Virus record (IMG/VR): IMGVR_UViG_3300037851_000932
Location: 1 to 32,363 of that record
From: a virus
Taxonomy: Duplodnaviria; Caudoviricetes
Strand: one strand, 5' to 3'
Length of the DNA: 32,363 nucleotides
This document shows, one piece after another, positions 25,650-32,363 of the stretch. The notes under the pieces are model-generated. The model worked only from the letters and a program-made list of their open reading frames with translations. It ran no database searches and had not been told where the DNA came from. Each line of letters starts with the position of its first letter. Positions within the stretch are counted from its first letter, which is position 1. The position numbers and the translations under genes are program-made.

Positions 25650-27701
25650 ATGGTCGGTCTTTACGAGGAGGGGGCGGCACCGCCCCCGCGTCCAAGGGAG
25701 GAGATCGAGCGCGAGCGCGCGGCCGAGACGGCCGACGCCGCGTCCATCGTGGACAGGCTGTACGCGGCCGCGTCCGCCGGCGAGCCCCTGCCTGCCGCGC
25801 CCGAGATGAAGCGGGCCCAGATCGTCGATGGCGACAAAGCGAGCGTCATCAACCCGGACACGGGCACGGTGTCGCTCATTCCCCTGAAGGATCTCGACGA
25901 GGCCATATCGCTCGGGTTCGTTCCCGAGAACCACACCGAGTACGTCAAACGCAAAACGGACGAGCACTACCGCGAGGCGACCGGCGAGGCCGCCGCCACG
26001 GGAGCCCTCGGCTCCCTGACGCTTGGCTTGTCGAACGTGGTCGGAGGCGAGGAGTGGCGCAGGCACGCGGCCAGGCTGAAGGCGGAAAGCCCCACGGCGA
26101 CGATGCTCGGAAGCCTTGGCGGCATCGCCGCCTCGATGGGCGTGGGGGTTGGTGGCCTGGCGGCCTCCGGCGGCAGGACATTGGCCGAGAAGATCATCGC
26201 AAAAGGCGGCGGAAAGCTGGCAGAATCGCTTGCGCAGGGCGGCAGGTTGGCCGGGGCAGTCACCGGGGCGTCCGAGGCGGCAGCCGCCGGACTTCCCATC
26301 GGTTTCGGCGAGTCGATGGGGGCGCAGGCCCTTGAGCATCCGGAGACCGGCGAGTTCTCGGCCACCAAAGCGTTGAAGGCCGGCGTGCTGGCCGCCGCGT
26401 TCGGGGCAGGCTTCAGCCTGGCCGGATCGGCCCTTGGCTGGGGCGGGTCGGCCATCAAGTCGAAAGCGCAGCAGGTTTTCCTGAAACGCTCCGGATACGC
26501 GGGGATGGACAAGAACATCCTCGCCGCCACGGCGAGGGAGACTGCCCCGTTCAGGTCCGCGCTGGACGCCATCGACAACCAGTTGGGCGGAAACGTGGCC
26601 AGCACCGTGAGATCTGCGGCCGACGCGCTTGGAAAAAAAACGACAACCGCCGACGACTTCAGGATCGTGCTGGCCAACCAGTTGGCCGGAACGGGAAGGG
26701 ACGAGCTTCTCGCGCTGGCCAAGACCATGAACAAGGGTTTGCCGGCGTCGGAGAGGCTCGGACGCGACGTGCTGTCGTCGGCAATGGTCGGCAACCCAGC
26801 TCCGCTGGTGGACGGTGTGGCCGACATGGCGGCTCGCAGCGGACAGGCGCTCGCCAAACTCGAGAAAGCCAAGGCGGCGTACGCGGCGGCGTTCCCGTCA
26901 CTCGACAAGCTGATGGGGCTTCCGCCCGGCATGGGCAAGGTGGCCCTTGGTGTCGGAGCCGGTGTGCTGTCCGGGAACCCGGTGGTCGGTGTGCTGTCGT
27001 CATTGGCCCCCATCGCCCTGCGAAAACTGGTTGGCACGCCGTACGCGTTCACCAAAGGGATGATGAGGCAGGATGTGGCGAACATGCTGACAAGGATCCT
27101 GGGAATATCGGGGATCAAGGCCGGAGCCGAGACGATGTCGGGCAAGGAGGTCTCGGAGCTGCGCGAGGACCTGGCGAAGACACCGCCGATCGACGCCCCC
27201 GCGCTGGCGCAGAGCCTGACGGATGGCGGATGGTCCGCCCCGCAGGCGGCCTCGTACGCCAAGTTCCAGTCGTGGCGCGACAGCAGGATACGCGACGAGG
27301 TGGACAAGGCGTCCGACAACCCGATGTCCAGGGCGGCGCTGAGCTCCAGCGTGGTGGTCCTGAACGATCCGCGCATCGCGCTGGCGAAGCTGGCAGACGG
27401 GTCGGCCAAGCCGTCCGACATCAACATCCTGCGCGACATCATGGAGACTTTCGAGCCAGGCTCATGGGCACCAATGGAGGAGATCGCCAGGAACACCCTT
27501 GACACCGCGAGGCACGAAACGCTTCCGGCGAACACGCTGGCCATCATGCGCATGGTGCTCGGCAAACCGGCGTCGCCGCTGGCGGCGATCGGTGCTCCGC
27601 CTGCCGGACCGGCGAAACCGGCAGGGGGCAAACTCGGGCTCGACACGGCGTCGCTGATGACGCAATCCCAGAAGCTCCAGAAGGGGCTCGGGGAGGCGTA
27701 G
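25650..27701 (+). CDS. Internal virion / ejection protein
   Basis: Ala/Gly-rich with several hydrophobic GxxxG segments. Third gene of the post-nozzle block. Confidence 0.65.
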   Translation: MVGLYEEGAAPPPRPREEIERERAAETADAASIVDRLYAAASAGEPLPAAPEMKRAQIVDGDKASVINPDTGTVSLIPLKDLDEAISLGFVPENHTEYVKRKTDEHYREATGEAAATGALGSLTLGLSNVVGGEEWRRHAARLKAESPTATMLGSLGGIAASMGVGVGGLAASGGRTLAEKIIAKGGGKLAESLAQGGRLAGAVTGASEAAAAGLPIGFGESMGAQALEHPETGEFSATKALKAGVLAAAFGAGFSLAGSALGWGGSAIKSKAQQVFLKRSGYAGMDKNILAATARETAPFRSALDAIDNQLGGNVASTVRSAADALGKKTTTADDFRIVLANQLAGTGRDELLALAKTMNKGLPASERLGRDVLSSAMVGNPAPLVDGVADMAARSGQALAKLEKAKAAYAAAFPSLDKLMGLPPGMGKVALGVGAGVLSGNPVVGVLSSLAPIALRKLVGTPYAFTKGMMRQDVANMLTRILGISGIKAGAETMSGKEVSELREDLAKTPPIDAPALAQSLTDGGWSAPQAASYAKFQSWRDSRIRDEVDKASDNPMSRAALSSSVVVLNDPRIALAKLADGSAKPSDINILRDIMETFEPGSWAPMEEIARNTLDTARHETLPANTLAIMRMVLGKPASPLAAIGAPPAGPAKPAGGKLGLDTASLMTQSQKLQKGLGEA

Positions 27702-27778
27702 GGGAGAACCGCCCAAGGGAGCCATGGCGGACAACATGAGGGCGTCCCGCGGGACGCCGCCAAAATGGAGGCAAAAAG

Positions 27779-28141
27779 ATGGGAAACAGGATCCTTGCTG
27801 GCTTCGACGGCTACATGGTGATGAGCGCCGACGGCTACTCCGACGACATCTCGATCGGGCACGCGCGCAACGTGTCCATCCAGACGGACGTCGTGACAAC
27901 CGACGGGTACGGATACATCCACATCCAATGCTCGAACAACCGCGAGAACTGGGTCGATGTCTGGTTCGTGGATGAGAATGGCACCGTCCAGCAGTACAAG
28001 GAGGTGCTCAAGGCCTCCTTCAGCCACATGTTCGACATCAGCGACATCGCGGCCGGCTGGGCGCGGGTGAAGTACGAGAAGAACGACGGCTACGCCAGCG
28101 GGACGGGCGGCCTGTCCTACTATGTGAATCTCAAGAAATGA
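27779..28141 (+). CDS. Small beta-sandwich virion protein, paralogue of 31798..32163
   Basis: Shares Q.SNNRENW.D and R..YE motifs with 31798..32163. GGAGG RBS. Four DGY in 120 aa. Confidence 0.7.
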   Translation: MGNRILAGFDGYMVMSADGYSDDISIGHARNVSIQTDVVTTDGYGYIHIQCSNNRENWVDVWFVDENGTVQQYKEVLKASFSHMFDISDIAAGWARVKYEKNDGYASGTGGLSYYVNLKK

Positions 28142-28144
28142 CCA

Positions 28145-28603
28145 ATGAAAACAAAGATTTGTAGCAAATGTGGTGATGCTTTTGAGGCATCGAACAAGTT
28201 CTTTGCCAAAAACACTCAAACCAAAGACGGTTTGGCTTGCTGGTGTAAACGGTGCATGAATGCGTATGCCGCTGAATTCAGAAAACATCATCCAGACAAG
28301 GTGCGTGCGCTCAATAATTCTCCGCGCGCCAGATATGCTGTTTGTAGAAACCAGGCGGGAAAACGGCGCATTGGGTTCGAATTGTCATTCGATGAATTCA
28401 TGGAGTTCTGGCAAAAACCATGTCATTGGTGCGGATCGGAGATTGCCCTGATCGGATTGGACAGGCGGTTGCCGCATGATCCATATCGCAAAGACAACGT
28501 CGTTCCATGCTGTAAAATCTGCAACTGGATGAAAATGGACATGGGTGAGGACGAATGGATGGACAAGATGATGACAATCCTGAAGCATCAAGGAGTGCTG
28601 TGA
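28145..28603 (+). CDS. HNH homing endonuclease-like protein
   Basis: CSKC...DGLACWCKRC Zn finger, then KRRIGFELS...PCHWCG...GLDR...YRKDNVVPCCKICNWMK. Visibly more AT-rich than its neighbours. Confidence 0.85.
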   Translation: MKTKICSKCGDAFEASNKFFAKNTQTKDGLACWCKRCMNAYAAEFRKHHPDKVRALNNSPRARYAVCRNQAGKRRIGFELSFDEFMEFWQKPCHWCGSEIALIGLDRRLPHDPYRKDNVVPCCKICNWMKMDMGEDEWMDKMMTILKHQGVL

Positions 28604-28713
28604 TGTTCCGCTCACTGATTTGGCTCGCCGGGCACGGCGCGTTCTGGATCGCACTGCCGACCGCCTCATCCTCTGCGACGATGTGGCGGTCCGTGGCACA
28701 CAAGGCGTTGTAG
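28603..28713 (+). CDS. Possible 36-aa hydrophobic peptide (MFRSLIWLAGHGAFWIALPTASSSATMWRSVAHKAL)
   Basis: AAGGAG RBS and TGATG overlap with the HNH stop. Fills the gap to 28723. Confidence 0.35.
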   Translation: MFRSLIWLAGHGAFWIALPTASSSATMWRSVAHKAL

Positions 28714-28722
28714 GAGAACACG

Positions 28723-30918
28723 ATGGGCGCACGCTGGACCACCAACGGGCTTGGCGACCAGACAACCTGTTTTTCCAACGGTTTTCAAACCGGGTACACC
28801 ACGGGGTACGCCGATGGCTATCAGTTCGGCCTGTGGGTCGGCCCGGGGTTTGCCGACGGGTACAACCAAGGTTTCTACATCGACGGCTATGCGCACTGGA
28901 CTCCGTTGGCGTTCCAGGAGGGCATCAATTCTGTCTGGCTGTCGCGTTTCGATGATGGCTATTGGTATTGCTCGCCTTTGGCGTACGCCGACGCGTACGA
29001 CGCGTATGTCGGTCCTGCTTTCCAGCAAGGGATCAACTCCGTCTGGCAGGCCAGGTTCGATGACGGCTATTGGTATTGCTCCCCGCTGGCATACGCCGAC
29101 GCGTACGACGCGTATGTCGGTCCAGCGTTCGCCTCCGGGTACAACCAGGGTCATGTCGCTGGAATCACGGACGGCTACGCTGTTTGGGTTCCGCTCGGGT
29201 TCCAGGAGGGCGTCAATTCCGTCTGGCTGTCCAGGTGGGAGGATGGCTACTGGTACTGCAGTCCTCTTGCGTATGCCGACGCCTATGACGCGTATGTTGG
29301 ACCCGCTTTCACCTCGGGATACAACCAGGGGCATGTCGCCGGCATCACGGACGGCTACGCCATCTGGAGCCCTCCGGCTTTCATCGAGGGGCAGAACGCC
29401 GCATTCCTGCCGAGGTGGCAGCAGGGATTCGCCGATGCGTACGGGACATGGACGCCTTTGGCTTTCGTGGAGGGGCAGAACGCCGCATTCCTGCCGAGGT
29501 GGCAGCAGGGATTCGCCGATGCGTACGACGGGTACTACAACGCCGGACTCGACGACGGATACAGCCGCGACGGGTACTGGGGCAGGAACTACCAGAATGA
29601 CGGGTACTATTTCCTCGGCCTGAACCGCGGGACATCCGACGCCTACGGCATCCTCGTCCCGGTCGCGTTTGAGCAGGGGCAGAACTCCGTCTGGCAGTCG
29701 CGCTACGACGATGGCTACGCCGACGGCGGACCGGCGGGATACACCAGCGGCTACAACCAAGGGCATGTCGCGGGCATCATCGACGGGTACGCCGTGTGGT
29801 CACCGCCAGCTTTTGTCGAGGGGCAGAACAGTGTGTTCTTGTCCCGCTGGAAAGACGGATACAGCGACGGCTATGGCCCCGTGGACGGGAACCCTCCGGA
29901 TGGCTATTTCTGGATGGGGTACAACCGTGGCTGGAACGCCTCGACCGGAGGGTACGACTCCGGCTATGCTGATGGCTACGCCGATGGTTATGATGGGTAC
30001 TACCTGCCTGGTTGGGCCGACGGCTACAACAGGGGGTTGTGGCTTGATGGGTACGACCATTGGGTGCCGATCGGCTACGACTATGGTGAGAATGCGACCT
30101 GGCAACCGCAGTACGATGCGGGGTATGCCGCCGCCAAGGCGGCCGGGTTCGGCGGTGTTCGGAATTTGCATGCCGTCCTCAAAGGAGTAGCGTGCACCTG
30201 CCGCTATGTCGGAGCTGACTGCACTGTCGCGACATCGTGGGACGCCGATGGATATGGAAACAACCTCGGCATCCAGGGGTCTGGATCGACCCCGACCAAA
30301 ACGGCGAACAAGTATTTCCCGGGCGACGACGACGCAGCCATCGCATTCCAGGGCGGCGGTGGGAAATACTACAGGGATTCAGGCACCACGCAGGGAAATC
30401 TCGGGACGAACGATGCCGTGTTCGAACTCGTCTTCATGATCACATCGAGCCACGCCAACAACTACCGCGCAGCGGCGAAATACACCGGTGGCGGATCGCC
30501 GATACAGGGTTGGGCGATCTGGGTCTCGACGGGAACCGACGGGGTGGTGCTCTACCTGCGCTACAACGCGCACGAGGCATATGTGAAAGCCACTATGCCC
30601 GTGGCGGTCATCAAAAGCAACCTGATGCACGCGATGTGTTTCGTGGATCGCAGCGATGTGGCAAGATGGTACATCAATGGACAGCAGGTCGGAGCCGATG
30701 TCACGGTCAGTTCCTTGTCAGCCGACGACATCTCGCCTTCGCTCAACATGGCTCTTGGGGCGCAACCGGACGGGCTGTACGGCATGAACGGCGATATGTG
30801 CTATTTCTCCCTGTGGACAAACTCTGCCGGGTGGTTCGCCAAGACGGACTGGGACGCCATCGTGCGCGACCGCTACCACAAACTGCTGCGCGGAGCAGGC
30901 CCTGGGTCCAGCGTGTAG
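28723..30918 (+). CDS. Fibre-like protein with long G/Y/D repeat stalk and C-terminal LamG/ConA-like domain
   Basis: About 470 aa of GxxxG/DGY repeats built from repeated blocks. C-terminal DAVFELVF...HAMCFVDR...WYINGQQV domain resembles the LamG segment of 35..3460. AGGAG RBS. Confidence 0.75.
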   Translation: MGARWTTNGLGDQTTCFSNGFQTGYTTGYADGYQFGLWVGPGFADGYNQGFYIDGYAHWTPLAFQEGINSVWLSRFDDGYWYCSPLAYADAYDAYVGPAFQQGINSVWQARFDDGYWYCSPLAYADAYDAYVGPAFASGYNQGHVAGITDGYAVWVPLGFQEGVNSVWLSRWEDGYWYCSPLAYADAYDAYVGPAFTSGYNQGHVAGITDGYAIWSPPAFIEGQNAAFLPRWQQGFADAYGTWTPLAFVEGQNAAFLPRWQQGFADAYDGYYNAGLDDGYSRDGYWGRNYQNDGYYFLGLNRGTSDAYGILVPVAFEQGQNSVWQSRYDDGYADGGPAGYTSGYNQGHVAGIIDGYAVWSPPAFVEGQNSVFLSRWKDGYSDGYGPVDGNPPDGYFWMGYNRGWNASTGGYDSGYADGYADGYDGYYLPGWADGYNRGLWLDGYDHWVPIGYDYGENATWQPQYDAGYAAAKAAGFGGVRNLHAVLKGVACTCRYVGADCTVATSWDADGYGNNLGIQGSGSTPTKTANKYFPGDDDAAIAFQGGGGKYYRDSGTTQGNLGTNDAVFELVFMITSSHANNYRAAAKYTGGGSPIQGWAIWVSTGTDGVVLYLRYNAHEAYVKATMPVAVIKSNLMHAMCFVDRSDVARWYINGQQVGADVTVSSLSADDISPSLNMALGAQPDGLYGMNGDMCYFSLWTNSAGWFAKTDWDAIVRDRYHKLLRGAGPGSSV
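28900..29870 (+). repeat. Intragenic modular repeats
   Basis: Block A (FQ.G.NSVW..R..DGYWYCSPLAYADAYDAYVGPAF) x3, block B (SGYNQGHVAGI.DGYA.W.P) x3 and block C (EGQNAAFLPRWQQGFADAY) x2. The two C copies are essentially identical at DNA level. Confidence 0.85.
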
Positions 30919-30927
30919 GAGGACAGG

Positions 30928-31152
30928 ATGGAGACAACCGAACTGGCAGACATGCTGCTGTCGAAACTGGACGGCTACGCCGGAACTCCGATGTTCCCGT
31001 TGTCGGAGAGCGAACGGCTCGCGGTGCGCCTGCGCGCCGCGTTCGGCGAGAACGTCCGCACCGACGGTGTCGATTGGGAGGTGTGCGGCAAATTCCTTAC
31101 CGCCGAGGAATGCGAGCTCCTGCTCGCCGAGATAGCGGGGAGGGACCGATGA
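30928..31152 (+). CDS. Small acidic hypothetical protein (possible fibre-associated protein)
   Basis: AGGAGG RBS and ATGA coupling to the next gene. Confidence 0.6.
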   Translation: METTELADMLLSKLDGYAGTPMFPLSESERLAVRLRAAFGENVRTDGVDWEVCGKFLTAEECELLLAEIAGRDR

Positions 31153-31379
31153 TCGACTCCGCACTGACAGCCGCCCTGGTGGGCGTGATCATTGTGCTGA
31201 CCAAGGTGATCGAGCATCTGCTGGCCAAGCGCGCCGAGGCGCGCAAGCCCGCCGCCAGCCCATACAACGGGCACACGGACAAGATCTGCGACGCGGCCGA
31301 CAAGCTGCACGACGCGGCGATCAAGATCGACATCACGGCGGAGCGCCTGGAGCGCGCCGTGGAGAAAATGGAGCGGTAG
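31149..31379 (+). CDS. Membrane protein with one N-terminal TM and coiled coil (holin/lysis-associated candidate)
   Basis: MIDSALTAALVGVIIVLTKVI hydrophobic helix and C-terminal heptads. GGGAGG RBS. Confidence 0.6.
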   Translation: MIDSALTAALVGVIIVLTKVIEHLLAKRAEARKPAASPYNGHTDKICDAADKLHDAAIKIDITAERLERAVEKMER

Positions 31380-31386
31380 ATGGCCG

Positions 31387-31614
31387 ATGGTTACGATTTT
31401 CCACGGGGAGTGGAGTTTGGAGAGCAAGCGGATCCTGGCTGTCCTGGAACGGCTTGCCCTCGCGACGGGTTTCCGTGTCGATGTGGTACCGATCCCGTTC
31501 ATGGGACCATCGGAGATCACGGTGCCGACGGTGAGGATCGGGACGAGGACGCTGGTGCGTCCGACGGACGCCGAGCTCGCGACAGCCGTGGCAACCTGGT
31601 TCGCTTCCTCATGA
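31387..31614 (+). CDS. Glutaredoxin/thioredoxin-like fold protein lacking CxxC
   Basis: VTIFHGEWSLESKRILAVLE...VDVV...TVPTVRIG follows the Grx pattern (cis-Pro VP motif), with SLES in place of CxxC. The stop overlaps the next ATG. Confidence 0.5.
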   Translation: MVTIFHGEWSLESKRILAVLERLALATGFRVDVVPIPFMGPSEITVPTVRIGTRTLVRPTDAELATAVATWFASS

Positions 31615-31796
31615 GCCGGAAGTTCGTGCTGGCCATGATGATCGTTGTTTTCGGCGCGGTCGCGCTCGGTATCGGATGGCTGACGGGAGGGGAGTTCGTG
31701 GCCCTGGCATCGATCGTGATGGGTGCCTACGGGGCCGCAAATGTCCTACAACCGCGGTTCGAGAGATACGACCCATCGGATTCATTGGAGGATTGA
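31611..31796 (+). CDS. Putative holin (two TM segments)
   Basis: MSRKFVLAMMIVVFGAVALGIGWLTGGEFVALASIVMGAYGAANV. SRKF N-terminus, two TM helices and charged C-terminus. Confidence 0.65.
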   Translation: MSRKFVLAMMIVVFGAVALGIGWLTGGEFVALASIVMGAYGAANVLQPRFERYDPSDSLED

Positions 31797-31797
31797 G

Positions 31798-32163
31798 ATG
31801 GCAAACACGCTGACGAGGGAAGCGATCGCGCTGTCGGGGACGATCGACCTCGACGCCGACGGCTACTCGTTCTACCACAACATCGGCAAAGAGCCGTACT
31901 GGTCGATCCAGATCCTCGTCGAGCCGGGCACGGCGGCCGATGGCTACTGCTATGTCCAGGGTTCGAACAACCGCGAGAACTGGCGCGACATCGCTTGGCA
32001 AAACCCCGACGGATACGCTGCCGATTCCTTCCATGTTGTGCCGCTTCTCGGCATCCATGAGCTGATCAACTCCCCCGGTCTGGCCATCGGGTACATCCGC
32101 CTGCGCTACGAGAGGCAGGCCAACACCGGCACGCTCCGGTACTGGGTCGCGGCGGGCAAATGA
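31798..32163 (+). CDS. Small beta-sandwich virion protein, paralogue of 27779..28141
   Basis: VQGSNNRENWRD and YIRLRYE motifs. GGAGG RBS. Three DGY. Confidence 0.7.
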   Translation: MANTLTREAIALSGTIDLDADGYSFYHNIGKEPYWSIQILVEPGTAADGYCYVQGSNNRENWRDIAWQNPDGYAADSFHVVPLLGIHELINSPGLAIGYIRLRYERQANTGTLRYWVAAGK

Positions 32164-32363
32164 CAATCTACGATCCCATCAGCCACCGGCGGGCATCGTC
32201 CGGAATGAGTGTGGAGCGCGGCGGCGAGCCGCACTCCAGCGGCGACCTGTGGACCAGGGCGCGGAAGGACTTGTTCGCGCAGAACCTGATCGACATCGAG
32301 AACATCGTCCCTGCCCCGAACTCGTGGGCATCCAAGACATCCAGGATCATGTTCGACATCGTG
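32160..32363 (+). CDS. 5' part of the large fibre/spike protein continuing at 35..3460
   Basis: ATG at 32160 overlaps the TGA of the upstream gene (ATGA). It reads MTIYDPISHRRASSGMSVERGGEPHSSGDLWTRARKDLFAQNLIDIEN, in frame with the 35..3460 ORF. Confidence 0.8.
   Translation, partial: MTIYDPISHRRASSGMSVERGGEPHSSGDLWTRARKDLFAQNLIDIENIVPAPNSWASKTSRIMFDIV
32237..32363 (+). repeat. Terminal direct repeat, right copy (identical to 1-127)
   Basis: Exact match to positions 1-127. Confidence 0.95.

Larger units (their letters stand above)
1..32363. mobile_element. Complete circularly assembled tailed bacteriophage genome (podovirus-like), unit length 32,236 bp
   Basis: 127-bp exact terminal repeat with an ORF reading through the junction. 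Gene order is terminase-portal-scaffold-capsid-adaptor-nozzle-ejection proteins. No tape measure, tail tube or sheath gene recognisable, and no host housekeeping genes. Confidence 0.93.

Noticed and set aside
26633-26640. A8 run as a programmed frameshift site
   Set aside because: The ORF continues intact for about 350 more codons, and no meaningful alternative-frame product is evident.
9374-28291. Long antisense ORFs (9374..11416, 11428..12975, 18593..20956, 23304..26339, 25967..28291)
   Set aside because: They are shadows of high-GC sense genes, with Arg/Pro/Ala/Ser-rich translations, no motifs, and complete overlap with well-supported plus-strand genes.
28603-28725. TAG read-through or alternative genetic code joining the 36-aa ORF to the fibre gene (same frame)
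   Set aside because: TAG is a normal stop elsewhere (csp, portal, 25646, 27701, 30918). This TAG is part of the AGGAG RBS for ATG 28723, and no suppressor tRNA was seen.
28900-29870. Repeats as a diversity-generating retroelement (TR/VR) or CRISPR array
   Set aside because: No reverse transcriptase or cas gene is present. The repeats are in-frame coding blocks that differ mostly at synonymous positions rather than specifically at adenines, and there are no unique spacers.
1-32363. DGY enrichment as a DNA-level motif (restriction, methylation or Chi-like site)
   Set aside because: All synonymous positions vary (GAY GGN TAY), and the occurrences counted are in the coding frame of one functional class of proteins.
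1-32363. tRNA, rRNA, integrase/att site, tape measure protein
   Set aside because: None was recognisable by eye. Intergenic gaps are short and lack cloverleaf signatures. tRNAscan and HMM searches would be needed to exclude them formally.

Overview
This window is a complete, circularly assembled, GC-rich tailed-phage genome. Bases 1-127 are identical to 32237-32363, so the unit length is 32,236 bp. Gene order points to a podovirus-like virion. A long rightward arm (8163 through the junction to 3816) encodes a possible small terminase, a cold-shock protein, a GNAT acetyltransferase, large terminase, portal, scaffold, major capsid, a head-tail adaptor with a triplicated domain, a nozzle, three ejection-type proteins (one with an S74 chaperone domain, one with an M15-type peptidase), an HNH nuclease, LamG-containing fibre proteins and two small membrane proteins. 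A short leftward arm (7862 to 3782) encodes RHH and HTH regulators, Zn-finger proteins, an HNH nuclease, a SAM methyltransferase and a decayed C5 DNA-methyltransferase fragment. I could not recognise an integrase, polymerase, helicase, primase or free endolysin. The most unusual signal is the tripeptide Asp-Gly-Tyr (DGY). It occurs about 53 times by hand count, with varied synonymous codons, in predicted outward-facing virion proteins. It is absent from terminase, portal, scaffold and ejection proteins, which suggests a virion-surface tag. All product calls come from motifs and synteny; no database searches were run.
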